Below, one piece after another: positions 38,232-47,648 of a stretch of 64,000 nt of DNA. A model generated the notes under the pieces. That model did not search any database. It saw only the letters and a list, made by a program, of their open reading frames with translations, and had not been told where the DNA came from. A program made the translations under genes and the position numbers. This DNA is from a virus, in the IMG/VR virus record IMGVR_UViG_3300034152_001291, positions 60,704 through 124,703 of that record; one strand, 5' to 3'. How positions within the stretch are numbered: position 1 is the stretch's first letter; the number at the start of each line of letters is the position of its first letter.

Positions 38232-39535
38232 CACAGATGTCCCTCCAGGGTTTTTCCTCGGCCCGGTTTCGTGGCCTTGGGTTCTATGAAGACGGACACG
38301 GGATCCCACTTCATGTCGTAGAAGCTCCAGTTGTGGGTCCAGGGCCTCTGATCGCCGGCGTTCCGGGCCTTGCCGATCTTTATGACGACCTTGCCGTTCC
38401 TCTTCATTCTGAGGTCCTGGACGAGGTAGATGACGTTGTTGGAGATGTGGTTGAACTTGTCGCTCCCGCCCATCGAGAATTCATCGGCGCCCCAGTACCC
38501 CCTGCCCGACTTGTTGAGCTGCGCCGTGAGAAACCAGTGGCGGTGCGTGCGGAGGGAGACCCTCCGTACCTGTCTCAGGTTTTCGTTGATCTTCTCGAAG
38601 TCCTTCTGGGAGGAAGTCTCCGGGAAGTCGTAGAAGGCGTCGGCCACGACGAGGTGAGCCCCGAAGGCGCCTGCCTCCGCCTCTACCGCGTCGATGGTCA
38701 TGTCGGAGCCCGGATTCAGGTACAGGATGTTGGCCCAGTAGCCCGTGTTATTGTGCTGATCCGAAATGGTCTGCATGAAGCGTTCGCGCTGATCGGTCAG
38801 CAGGGTCCCCTTCAGGGTACGGTCGAAGTTCACCATGGCCGCCAGGGCGGCGAGCCTCTGGTTGATTTCCTCGTCCGTCATTTCCATCGAGGCGATGAAG
38901 ACCCGGAAGCCCAGCAGAGCCGCGTAGAGGGCGTGAATGAGCGAGAACCAGGTCTTGCCTACGCCCGACCGGGACACGATCGTAGTAATGTTTGCGGGGC
39001 GCCACTTGACGAGCGCTTCGTTGAGGGACAGGAAGTTGGGTTCGATGGGGATGCCGGGGTGTTCCCCGCGCTCGGTCTGGCAGTAGTAGTGCCACAGACC
39101 CATCGCGAGGTCTCTCGGTCTCGAGGGTCTGTTCTGGTAGTCGTAGGTCTCGCGGATGTTCTGGAGTCGGTCGATGCAGAACGCGAGAAAGGCGTGATGC
39201 TTCAAGGCCCCGGCGTTGAATTTCTGGGTGACCTCTTCGAGCGCATTGAAGATCTCCTGCCCGAGGTACGACTCCACGAGCTGCTCGAGGTAAACCGACG
39301 CCGCGGAGGTGCATTCGGAAGCGGGAGGAAGGGTCACGCCGAGATCGTTCACGAGAGTGTGAAATCGATCCGTGGACGGCATCTCGTTATGGTTCCGGTA
39401 GAAGGTCACCAGCCGGTCGAAGGCTGTCTTGTACGGCTCGGCCAGCATCTCCACCCGGAAACCGAGCTGGAAGAGTGTCTGGAAGTTCCCGTCGATCGCC
39501 TTCCTGAGAAGGCGCGCCTCGGTCGGGATGTTCAT
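38231..39535 (-). CDS. dnaB: DnaB-like replicative helicase
   Basis: SRSGVGKT, SMEM, VVAD, AQLN, KAR. Confidence 0.85.
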   Translation of the reverse strand: MNIPTEARLLRKAIDGNFQTLFQLGFRVEMLAEPYKTAFDRLVTFYRNHNEMPSTDRFHTLVNDLGVTLPPASECTSAASVYLEQLVESYLGQEIFNALEEVTQKFNAGALKHHAFLAFCIDRLQNIRETYDYQNRPSRPRDLAMGLWHYYCQTERGEHPGIPIEPNFLSLNEALVKWRPANITTIVSRSGVGKTWFSLIHALYAALLGFRVFIASMEMTDEEINQRLAALAAMVNFDRTLKGTLLTDQRERFMQTISDQHNNTGYWANILYLNPGSDMTIDAVEAEAGAFGAHLVVADAFYDFPETSSQKDFEKINENLRQVRRVSLRTHRHWFLTAQLNKSGRGYWGADEFSMGGSDKFNHISNNVIYLVQDLRMKRNGKVVIKIGKARNAGDQRPWTHNWSFYDMKWDPVSVFIEPKATKPGRGKTLEGHL

Positions 39536-40026
39536 GCGATCCTCTTCACTCGGGGTCCGTAGGCCTTGATCAAAAGGTCGACCTCGCCCGCCTGTTCACC
39601 GAGAAGGATCGTCACCTTCCCGGCGTCCGCCGCCCGGATCATCAGGTGACTTCCCAGGTCCCGGAGCTCCTGCACCGTCAGGTCCGAGATCTGGGACACG
39701 ATCAGCACGTCCGTCGCCTCGACCATCTCCTCGACCGTCATCTCGGCGGGCTCGTACCAGATGTTCCTTCTCAACCAGGCGAGGGCCTGACGCGCAGTCA
39801 AAGAATCCGCCGTTTCCGCGTGGTTCGCCAGCGCCGCGAGAACCCTTGCGACGTCGTTTGCGGGGTCTTCTTTTTCGACGACGACGAGGCTTCCGTCCAT
39901 CAGGAAGCCCGGCTGCGTCCTCGGGAGGGCCTCCACGGCTTCGGCGATACCAATCGGATGTCGAACGTCCAGCAACCAGAGCTCCACCGCCCTGGTCTCG
40001 AACAGGGGGTCTTTCCGGATGACCAT
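39532..40026 (-). CDS. Hypothetical protein (possible degenerate helicase loader)
   Basis: GAGGAG SD; coupled to dnaB; no intact Walker A. Confidence 0.45.
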   Translation of the reverse strand: MVIRKDPLFETRAVELWLLDVRHPIGIAEAVEALPRTQPGFLMDGSLVVVEKEDPANDVARVLAALANHAETADSLTARQALAWLRRNIWYEPAEMTVEEMVEATDVLIVSQISDLTVQELRDLGSHLMIRAADAGKVTILLGEQAGEVDLLIKAYGPRVKRIA

Positions 40027-40194
40027 ACTCCCTCCTCAGAATTTCGACCGTCTTCTCCACCAGGCCCTTCGCGACGAGCAGGTCCTTCGGGGGCGTTTCT
40101 CCCCGCTCGGCGATCTTCCGCATCTCCGTCTCGAGGCTCGCCGCGAGAGCGGACGCGTGGATGATCGCCGCCGCATCGTCGTCGATGCCTTGTT

Positions 40195-40890
40195 TCATCT
40201 CCTGGCCTCCTCCCTTGAACCCGGAAGTCCGGTCCAAGCCATTTGAACGTAGGGCGTGAAAAGAGGACACACCCGGTACTTCTTGCGCTTGAGGTACGAG
40301 AAGCCGAGCGTCCAGTCCTTCTTGTTGACGCGCTTCCCCGCCTTGCAGGGATAGTTGGCGCAGAGAAGACATTTCGTTTCCGTTTCCGGATGGGCGGGGA
40401 CGTCCAGATGAATCGTCTTCTGCTGGGCCCTTGCCCTGAGCGCAGCGTAGTCGGCGAGCACGTTCAGGAAGGATCCCGCGTGCCCCTTCACGTGAAGACC
40501 GACGACTTTCTGCTCGGAGGATTCGATCCGCTCCTTGAGGAGGTTGACGAGATCCAGGTTCTTCTTCACCGTCCATTCCGGATTGAACAGCGCGCCGAGG
40601 CACCACTGCGAGTCCGAGAAGAAGGTGACCTGCTGCTCGTCGAAGAAGGTCATGGCTGAGGTGAGCAGAAGGATGGCGCTGAGCTCCATCCGGTTGTTCG
40701 TGACGCTCTCCCTTCCGATCTGGTGCTCTGCGTAGACGACGACGCGGTCCACGACGGGTTCCGGCGAGGAGGGAAGAGCCCTCCTCGACCGGACAATCAC
40801 CGCCGCGCAGGAACCGACGGAGAGGTCCTCCGTCTTGTTGTTGTCGATGCTACCATCGACGAAAGCGAGAAGGGGAAGAGACCCGGTCAT
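40195..40890 (-). CDS. rnhA: RNase HI (copy 2) with C-terminal Cys cluster
   Basis: FVDGS, TNNRMEL, SDSQW, HVKGHAG..LN.LAD. Confidence 0.88.
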   Translation of the reverse strand: MTGSLPLLAFVDGSIDNNKTEDLSVGSCAAVIVRSRRALPSSPEPVVDRVVVYAEHQIGRESVTNNRMELSAILLLTSAMTFFDEQQVTFFSDSQWCLGALFNPEWTVKKNLDLVNLLKERIESSEQKVVGLHVKGHAGSFLNVLADYAALRARAQQKTIHLDVPAHPETETKCLLCANYPCKAGKRVNKKDWTLGFSYLKRKKYRVCPLFTPYVQMAWTGLPGSREEARR

Positions 40891-41864
40891 GACTTCTCCT
40901 GGAGCATCTGTGTGTACAGGTTCTCCTCGGGGGCACCGAAGCCCTTCCTGATCTGACTGCACGAGATCTCCGGCTCGGACCCGGTGAGGTCGACGTAGAT
41001 CTCGTGGTGAAGGGCATCCCCTCCGTCTTTCAGGAAGGAGAGGATGTACTTGATCAGCTTCGGGGACTCGGGCTTGGGATTGTTGAGGACGAAGATGAAC
41101 TCCGGTTTCTTCTCTTTCGCGAAGGACTTGATCGCCTCGGCGCGCTGAGCGTTCCGGGGATCGGGACCTCCCCAGGCGGGAGCCAGCATGAGCCAGACGG
41201 TCAGGCCGCCTGCTTCCGTGGGAGCGGTCTCGAACCCGAAGATGCTCGAGAGGTGCGGGCGCTTCTTGAGAAGATTCGTCACCGCTTCCAGGAACATCTC
41301 GTAGGAAGCCTCCTCGGCCTTCTCCACGTTCACGAGGATCGGCTGGAACTCGAGGTCCTTGTTCAGCCGCACGTCGACGGTGATCTTCCCCAGGATCTTG
41401 GCGAGGTCGACCACGGGCATGAGGGGCTCGATACCGATCATGGCCCGGATCCGGGGGGCCGTGTAGTTCAGGGACTCCGAGTCCATCCGCAAGGGGCGGA
41501 CGATGAGGCTCGAGAGGTCCTTCTCGAGTCGAACCGGGATCTGGCCGCCGATCCGGTCCTGGAGGCGGTTGACCAGGGAGAAGATCTGGCTCTTGGTTTC
41601 GTTCCCGAGCCAGCTCAGGCGATGGGCGCTCCTGGCGATCTCGATCGCGGTTTCCCGGTCGGTCTGGATCAGGAAGTCGACGAGACGCTGCCTGATCTCG
41701 ACGGATTCCTCTTCGGCGTCCCGCACCCACCTCAGGATCTCTTCCTCCGCCTCCGTGAGCTCGACCTTGTCGCCGGACTCGTAAATCTTGTCTCCGATCT
41801 TGAAGGTCTTCTGATCGACGATGCCCGTGAACAGAGGAGGCTGTTGTTCCGGTTGCTGGGTCAT
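40887..41864 (-). CDS. Hypothetical protein
   Basis: Start MTQQPE with ATGA overlaps; good codon bias. Confidence 0.65.
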   Translation of the reverse strand: MTQQPEQQPPLFTGIVDQKTFKIGDKIYESGDKVELTEAEEEILRWVRDAEEESVEIRQRLVDFLIQTDRETAIEIARSAHRLSWLGNETKSQIFSLVNRLQDRIGGQIPVRLEKDLSSLIVRPLRMDSESLNYTAPRIRAMIGIEPLMPVVDLAKILGKITVDVRLNKDLEFQPILVNVEKAEEASYEMFLEAVTNLLKKRPHLSSIFGFETAPTEAGGLTVWLMLAPAWGGPDPRNAQRAEAIKSFAKEKKPEFIFVLNNPKPESPKLIKYILSFLKDGGDALHHEIYVDLTGSEPEISCSQIRKGFGAPEENLYTQMLQEKS

Positions 41865-42967
41865 TTTTCTTCTCCAAACATCTCGTCTGCGCTTTCGAAC
41901 GTGGGGATATCCGTGGGCATCCTGCCCCGGGGATCCCTTCTTTTCTTCCCGGGCTTGTGGAAGGTCTCGACCAGGTAGTCGACGTGGCGTCGGATCATGT
42001 AGATCGAAAGCCTCCCGTCGTGGCTGATGACCTCGGACGTCCTGGACCAGGACTCGACCGCCTTGTGAAGGACGGCGGCGACCTCGGTCTTGGAAAGACC
42101 GTGCCCGTCCATGAACTTCTCGAGGGCGTCGTTCATGAGCTTGGCGTAGCGGGGAGGGACGTGGCGGACCTGGGGATTGATGAAGTCCGCGAACTCGACG
42201 TTGTAGAACCCGCACATCGTCTGGACGAACTTGCAGAATCCCTTGCCCCTAAAGGTTTCTGCCTTGTTCATGTGGCTGCGGACCTGGAGGCGTAGGCGCC
42301 TCTTGGCCTCCGCCTTCTCTTTCTTCCGCTGAACTTCGTCCGCGATATCGAGGAGGTTTCTCCGGCTCTCCGAGCCTCCGTGAGTCTGGTCCTTTTCCAT
42401 TTCTTCACACCCCCCACACTCCGTCACGTTTCGTGACGGAGTATCTGTATCCTTTGTCTCTTTCCTTTGTCTTATTATGTCCGCCATATGTGGCGGGGGT
42501 GGTCCGCCACCGGTGGCGGGGGGTCCCGCCATATGTGGCGGGGGTAGCTCTTCTGGAGATAGGGGGGCGCCGTCCATCTGGCGGATCCCGCTCCGGTCCC
42601 GGAGGCCCCCTGCGGAGGTCAGAGTCGGGTCGATTTCAGCGATGACCTTGCTGTCGATCGGGCGCGGGATCGTGTAGGTCCGCTCATCGACGGTCCAGCG
42701 GTCGATGAGGCCGACGCTCTTGAGGGTGGCGAGGTGGCGCTCCACCGATCTCCGTCCCAGGCCGAGGTCCGCTGCCATCCTTCTCACCGAGAACCAGATG
42801 GGCTTCTCCTCGAAAGGCCACCCGGTCCGGAAGATGACGTAGGCGTACAGGAGGCGGGCCGGGAAGGGAAGGTTGCGGGCGGTCATGACCTCGACGGGGA
42901 GGCGGCTGAAGCGCAGGGCCTGGTCGGGGCAAAAATACCCCTCGCCCAATTTTTCAACTGGGTCCAT
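41861..42967 (-). CDS. Winged-HTH replication initiator-like protein
   Basis: ARLLYAY...SVRRMAADLGLGRRSVERHLATLKSVGLI; internal iteron-like repeats. Confidence 0.7.
   Translation of the reverse strand: MDPVEKLGEGYFCPDQALRFSRLPVEVMTARNLPFPARLLYAYVIFRTGWPFEEKPIWFSVRRMAADLGLGRRSVERHLATLKSVGLIDRWTVDERTYTIPRPIDSKVIAEIDPTLTSAGGLRDRSGIRQMDGAPLSPEELPPPHMAGPPATGGGPPPPHMADIIRQRKETKDTDTPSRNVTECGGCEEMEKDQTHGGSESRRNLLDIADEVQRKKEKAEAKRRLRLQVRSHMNKAETFRGKGFCKFVQTMCGFYNVEFADFINPQVRHVPPRYAKLMNDALEKFMDGHGLSKTEVAAVLHKAVESWSRTSEVISHDGRLSIYMIRRHVDYLVETFHKPGKKRRDPRGRMPTDIPTFESADEMFGEEK
42418..42545. promoter_or_regulatory. Probable replication origin (three palindromic iterons, AT-rich tract, hairpin)
   Basis: CCGCCA-N4-TGGCGG at 42481, 42504 and 42526; AT-rich tract 42443-42480; 11-bp inverted repeat 42418-42442. 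Confidence 0.65.
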
Positions 42968-43027
42968 GTCGATCCCCCATTTTTCCGGCAGAAGCTTTCG
43001 CGGCGTTGCACCGCCGAAGCAACCCGG

Positions 43028-43056
43028 AGTGTAAGCCGGGGGAGAGTGGCCGTCAA
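43028..43056 (-). promoter_or_regulatory. Sigma70-type promoter for replication operon
   Basis: TTGACG-17 nt-TACACT on minus strand. Confidence 0.7.
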
Positions 43057-43724
43057 TCCTTTTCGGAAAAAAGAATCGAGACGTACTCATTCCAGACGAA
43101 CATGCGGTGTCCACCCAGCACCTTGAGGTAGGTTGCCTGCGCCGTTTCGGAGTCCTTGAGAAGGAGAAGATGATCGGCGAAGACCGTGGTTCGGATCGAC
43201 TTCTCGACCGCCTTGTTCGTGAGCTGGAACGCGGCCTCGTCCGTGCCGGTTGTCGTCTTCTGTCGGAAGAAGAAGACGTAGCGCTCCGGGCCCGATTTCC
43301 GGCTCAGTGTTCTCGGGATTTCTCCCAGCACTCGGCGGGGATTGAACACGAGACCCTTCCTCTTCCTCCTCATGAGGGGGCAGGCCTTCTTGAGCGTGGG
43401 AGGAAGGGGGTCGTCCAGCGCCCGCTGGGACGGGCTGAAGAATTCGGGGCTCCAGAGTCGCACCGCGCCTCTCCCTTCGTTCAGGAACCAACCCTTGTGG
43501 CGGTAGACGTCGGTTTGGAAGAGGGATCGGACGGCCTTGGACATCGTGGCCATGTTTTCGAATCCGACATCCGCCTCCTGGCGCCCGGGTTTCAGGCGCC
43601 AGGAGAGGATGCGGAGGTACTTTTCCAGCTCGTCCTCCAGGTTCTCAGGGACCCGGCATCCCTCCTCCTCGAGAGTTTTCTTGAGATTGTCGAGGTCGAG
43701 AGAATCGACGAGTCTCTTCATCAC
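43053..43724 (-). CDS. Hypothetical protein
   Basis: AGGAG SD, GTGA overlap with upstream gene. Confidence 0.55.
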   Translation of the reverse strand: MMKRLVDSLDLDNLKKTLEEEGCRVPENLEDELEKYLRILSWRLKPGRQEADVGFENMATMSKAVRSLFQTDVYRHKGWFLNEGRGAVRLWSPEFFSPSQRALDDPLPPTLKKACPLMRRKRKGLVFNPRRVLGEIPRTLSRKSGPERYVFFFRQKTTTGTDEAAFQLTNKAVEKSIRTTVFADHLLLLKDSETAQATYLKVLGGHRMFVWNEYVSILFSEKD

Positions 43725-44869
43725 GAGTCTCCTGAGATGATCTGCGTCTTGAGGTCAGCGCCCTTTCCCGTTCTTGCGTCGAGGAGGTTCATGACCGGTT
43801 CGGCGAGTTCGATCTCCTTCGCTTTCTCTTCGATCTGCTTCGCGATACCGGCCAGGACTTTCTGCCGGACCGATCCCTTGATGGCGAGCATGACGGCGGG
43901 GTTGTAGGTGTGCTCCTTCATCGGGAGCTTGCAATGCGCGCACGGGACCGAGACGTCGATGCCGGTGCCGGTGCTCTTGAAGTGCTGAGGGCCTATTACG
44001 AAGGGGTGGGGACGGATGTGTCCGGAATACGAAGTAGGACCTGAGTAGGCCTGACGGACGCCGCGGAACTCCAGGTTCTCGGGCATCTCGACTTCGTGGC
44101 GGAGGATCACCTCGAAGTCTTGGTCGGTCATTTTCTTCTTGAGGGGACGGAGTCCCTCCTCCTTTCTCCTCTTTTGGTAGAGGTACCAGGCAAGGGAATC
44201 GTTGGTGAAGATCTCGATCTGCTTCTCCGTCTGCAAGCGGCGCACCCAGTCGAATGCCTTCGGGTCCTCGGCGATGCGCGTGGCGCGGCAATGGCGGTAG
44301 AGGAGCCCCGGCCCGGCGTTCACGTGGAGATTGCCGATACAGACGCCGGCGATTTCGAGGCGCCCCGAGATCCCGACTTGCAGACACGATTCGACCGCCT
44401 GCATGAGCCTCTCGGGTTCCCAGGATGGATCGACGGGCGTCGGGCTGTCGAAGTATCCCATCCACCAGGTCCGGTAGGGGGCGGGGGTTTTTCCGGTGTC
44501 GTGGCCGTAGAGGTTGAGGTCGAGGACGACTCCGTTCTTCTCCGCGTAGTCGCTCATCACGTTGACGGCCCAGGCCACGACTTCGTCGGGAAACGAGGAT
44601 CCCCTCGGATCCTCGTCCCTGACTCCGAGGTGCTGCTCGTAGAGGTCGAGGCAGTTGCCGGACGCACCGCAGGAGCTAAGGGAGAAGTAGTTTGCCATGA
44701 TCTGCATCTCCCCTTCGATCTCCACGCTGTTTTCGCTCTTCAGGACGGCCTTTGTCTCGCCTCTGTCCCCGACCCACACCCCGGATCTTTGCGTCAGAGA
44801 GGGCCTGTCGTCGGGCGGGATCGGGTGCTGCCAGACCAGCGTGCTGGCGTTGAGGTGATATTTCTTCAT
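43721..44869 (-). CDS. Hypothetical protein downstream of Ubl gene
   Basis: AAGGAGG SD; 382 aa; contains CAHC. Confidence 0.65.
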   Translation of the reverse strand: MKKYHLNASTLVWQHPIPPDDRPSLTQRSGVWVGDRGETKAVLKSENSVEIEGEMQIMANYFSLSSCGASGNCLDLYEQHLGVRDEDPRGSSFPDEVVAWAVNVMSDYAEKNGVVLDLNLYGHDTGKTPAPYRTWWMGYFDSPTPVDPSWEPERLMQAVESCLQVGISGRLEIAGVCIGNLHVNAGPGLLYRHCRATRIAEDPKAFDWVRRLQTEKQIEIFTNDSLAWYLYQKRRKEEGLRPLKKKMTDQDFEVILRHEVEMPENLEFRGVRQAYSGPTSYSGHIRPHPFVIGPQHFKSTGTGIDVSVPCAHCKLPMKEHTYNPAVMLAIKGSVRQKVLAGIAKQIEEKAKEIELAEPVMNLLDARTGKGADLKTQIISGDS

Positions 44870-44905
44870 GAGTTTCCTCCTTGGATCAGGACTACGGGTC
44901 CAAGC

Positions 44906-45160
44906 CTATCCCTTCTCGTTGGCCGCCATCTTGAAGTGGACGTGCTGGCCGTCCTCGAGGACGGTGGAGCCGGACACGACGTCGCCGTCCACCAGGGCGA
45001 CCATCGACGCGGAGAGGTTCAGCTGGTCCGAGAGCCGGTTGCGGAGCTTCGAGACCGTGACGATTTCGCCCTCTTCGAACTCGACCGGGATTTCGGGGTA
45101 TTTCCGGAGGTCGTGGTCCTGCTCTCGGCCGACGGTGACTTTTCTGAGGAAGTCCGACAT
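44906..45160 (-). CDS. Ubiquitin-like (beta-grasp) protein ending EKG
   Basis: 84 aa; TVSKLR...LNL...ALVDG...VLEDGQHVHF...EKG; adjacent to E1, JAB and E2. Confidence 0.75.
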   Translation of the reverse strand: MSDFLRKVTVGREQDHDLRKYPEIPVEFEEGEIVTVSKLRNRLSDQLNLSASMVALVDGDVVSGSTVLEDGQHVHFKMAANEKG

Positions 45161-45873
45161 TTCTTCTTTCTCCTCAAGGAAGGACGTCTGAACGCCGTCA
45201 TCCTGGCACGCGCCAGGTCGAGGGCGATCTCGTTCTCCTTCGGTTTTTCTTCGGGATTCTCTTCCACGCGTTGGAGCATGATGGCCATGGCCAGGGCGGT
45301 GCCCCAGTTAGCCATCGCCGTCTGGCCCCCCGACGACACCAGGCATCCCCCGTCGCCGGGAAGCGCGCCGCTGTTCTGGAGGATTTCGGGAGCGATGTCC
45401 GAGATCTTGGGGGTTCTGTTCCTGTTTTTCCGGCGCCAGAAGATCTGGGCCTGGCCCGAGGTCTCCTCGTTGCCGCCGCAGATGAGGACGGCGTCCTTGA
45501 GCTTCTCGACCTCGGACTCGAGGAACACGCGGGTGGAGTTGTTGTCCACGCAGGCCAGGACGATGACGCCCTCCTTGAGCCAGACGGCCCGGTGGGTTTC
45601 GACGGTCCTCGTGTTCAGGAAGACCGGGACGGCGTGGATCAGGAGCGTTGTCGTTGAGAGCCGGGACTCGATGGCGCTCTTGGCGGCCTCGGCCTTGTTG
45701 GATCCGATCATGCTCTCGAACCACTGCCGGGACATGTTGGAGACTTCGATCTCGTCGCCGTCGATCAGGTACAGGTTGCAGGGCTCGTTCTTGGAGATCA
45801 GGTATCGCACCAGCCAGTCGTAGAGGTAGTTCGTGATCCCGCCACAGCCCACGATGGCGTACGAGTTCGGCAT
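45019..45873 (-). CDS. ThiF/E1-like activating enzyme
   Basis: VGCGG, IDGD.IE.SNMSRQ, NKA, CVDN..TR, GGNE, candidate catalytic Cys in GCL...Q..AN. Confidence 0.88.
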   Translation of the reverse strand: MPNSYAIVGCGGITNYLYDWLVRYLISKNEPCNLYLIDGDEIEVSNMSRQWFESMIGSNKAEAAKSAIESRLSTTTLLIHAVPVFLNTRTVETHRAVWLKEGVIVLACVDNNSTRVFLESEVEKLKDAVLICGGNEETSGQAQIFWRRKNRNRTPKISDIAPEILQNSGALPGDGGCLVSSGGQTAMANWGTALAMAIMLQRVEENPEEKPKENEIALDLARARMTAFRRPSLRRKKKCRTSSEKSPSAESRTTTSGNTPKSRSSSKRAKSSRSRSSATGSRTS

Positions 45874-45888
45874 GGTATTCCTTTCAAG

Positions 45889-47424
45889 TCAGGGTTCTTC
45901 GAGTTCGATGACCGTTCGGTACCTTTCGCACTGCGGACAGCCGTCTGTGTTTCCCAGGTAGTCCCAGCACGCCGGGCAGAATTCCGGAGGACCCTTGCGC
46001 TCGTTGCATGCCAGACAGAATCCGTCCTCGAGATGCTCGAGACAGAAGGCGCAGATGTTGCAGTGCCGGCAGTAGGTCGTCATCCCGTCGATCTCTTCGA
46101 AGGGCTCTCCGCACTTTGGGCAGACGCACTCGTTCTCGCATTTCCCGTCCTGCATCGGGAGGCCGCAGACAGGACATTCTTCCCACTCCTCGGTTTCGTC
46201 CTCGTCTTCCTCCTCTTCGGGAATGTCACGGTCGAGAACGTCCGTGTCCCTGTCCCACTCGTCGAGGTCGCTCTCGTCTTCGGGGACGTCGCGGTCGAGA
46301 ATATCCGCTGACATATTCCCGAGGAGGATGAGGCCCGAGGAGTGCCGGGTCTCGTGCTGGCGTCTCGTCAGCAGGCTCAGGATCTCGCTGTGGATCTCCC
46401 AGGCGAACTCTGCCGCGTCGCTGCCCTTGTCTTTCACCAGGTATTCCGCGATCTCGTAGGGGGAGGCTCCCCAGAGGACCTGACGGAGGCTTGCCTGGGC
46501 CGGGCTGGAGGATTCCGTCCTTCTGTACCCCAGGAACTCCTCCACATGGGCCGAGAATGAGTGCCTCTCTTGGAGGCTCTGGCAGGCCGCCTGGACGCGC
46601 CCGTAGGTGTTGCGCCAGTCCCCGGTCTTTTTCCTGGGAGGCTTGACCTCTTCGATGTCGAGAGTCTTTCCGGCCAACTCCTCCGCCTCTGCCCGGGTCT
46701 CGGTCCACTGGAGGATTCTGCCGCTGCCGTTCTTCACGAGGTAGCCCTTCTTCTTGGACCTGGCGAAGTCGAGGGTCTGGAATCCCTTGGTGAAGAAGGC
46801 GAACTCCTCGTCTTCCACCTTCACGGATTCGACCTCTTCTTTCGTGAAGGGCTGGACGTTGACGGAGATGCGCTGCCCTTCTCCGGCGAAAGAGGCCACG
46901 GCTTGCGGAATCTCGTTGCAGACGTATCCGAAGACGATGTGGATTCCGAGGCTTTCGAGATCGTCCCTGTCGTCCGTCGACGAGAAGAAGGCGCCCATGT
47001 GCGCGCCGTGGGAGTGGATCGTGCCGACGATGCTCCCAGAGATGTGGTAGTTGAGATCGCCGGGTCCGATTGCTCCGAAGTCCGCCTTGTCGAGCACGTA
47101 CCCGCCGTTCCGCCAGCGGAGGACGAGAATGAACTCGCTGTTCCATGTCTCAGCCGCTCTCCGGCAAACGTCGAGCGCCTTCAGGATGGTCTCGCGGGGA
47201 ACCGGGTCCGCCCTCTTGAGGAAGAGTCCGGGATTGATCTCGGGAAGGTCGGGGTTGAAGGTCTTCCGGACCGCGTAGGCCTCGACCGGAAGATCGGGCC
47301 CGCCGATCTTCACGATCTTGAAGACGCCGTTCGATCCGAGTGTGTAGTGGAGAGGACCTGCCGTCTTCTGGGCCTGCGAGACCGAAGAGACGATTGAGGG
47401 AGCATCCGGAAGGACGACTTTCAT
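45889..47424 (-). CDS. JAB/MPN+ metallopeptidase fused to acidic linker and multi-CxxC zinc-finger array
   Basis: E...GTIHSHGAHMGAFFSSTDDRDD; eight Cys pairs at C-terminus. Confidence 0.85.
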   Translation of the reverse strand: MKVVLPDAPSIVSSVSQAQKTAGPLHYTLGSNGVFKIVKIGGPDLPVEAYAVRKTFNPDLPEINPGLFLKRADPVPRETILKALDVCRRAAETWNSEFILVLRWRNGGYVLDKADFGAIGPGDLNYHISGSIVGTIHSHGAHMGAFFSSTDDRDDLESLGIHIVFGYVCNEIPQAVASFAGEGQRISVNVQPFTKEEVESVKVEDEEFAFFTKGFQTLDFARSKKKGYLVKNGSGRILQWTETRAEAEELAGKTLDIEEVKPPRKKTGDWRNTYGRVQAACQSLQERHSFSAHVEEFLGYRRTESSSPAQASLRQVLWGASPYEIAEYLVKDKGSDAAEFAWEIHSEILSLLTRRQHETRHSSGLILLGNMSADILDRDVPEDESDLDEWDRDTDVLDRDIPEEEEDEDETEEWEECPVCGLPMQDGKCENECVCPKCGEPFEEIDGMTTYCRHCNICAFCLEHLEDGFCLACNERKGPPEFCPACWDYLGNTDGCPQCERYRTVIELEEP

Positions 47425-47648
47425 GAGAATGCCTCCGTGAATTTCGAGTAGCAGGGGTCGTGACTGCGCTTTCGCCCGAGAACGATGCGCAGATGGGAGA
47501 CGAAGCTCCTTCCATGGAGAGCGTTTCCGAGGGGGCCCCTGGGCGGGCGTCCCTCCATGGCGCGACAGATCTCCGCCAGGGCATCGGACTCGTACTCGAT
47601 CTGCTCGCACTCCTGCATGGCGATCGCGAAGAGGTTGAAGTTTTTCAT
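47421..47648 (-). CDS. Small hypothetical protein inside Ubl cassette
   Basis: ATGA overlaps at both ends. Confidence 0.55.
   Translation of the reverse strand: MKNFNLFAIAMQECEQIEYESDALAEICRAMEGRPPRGPLGNALHGRSFVSHLRIVLGRKRSHDPCYSKFTEAFS

Noticed and set aside
39596-40199. Separate gene starting MKQGIDDD
   Set aside because: It has an SD, but its frame runs about 430 nt into the next gene, so I cannot define it confidently.
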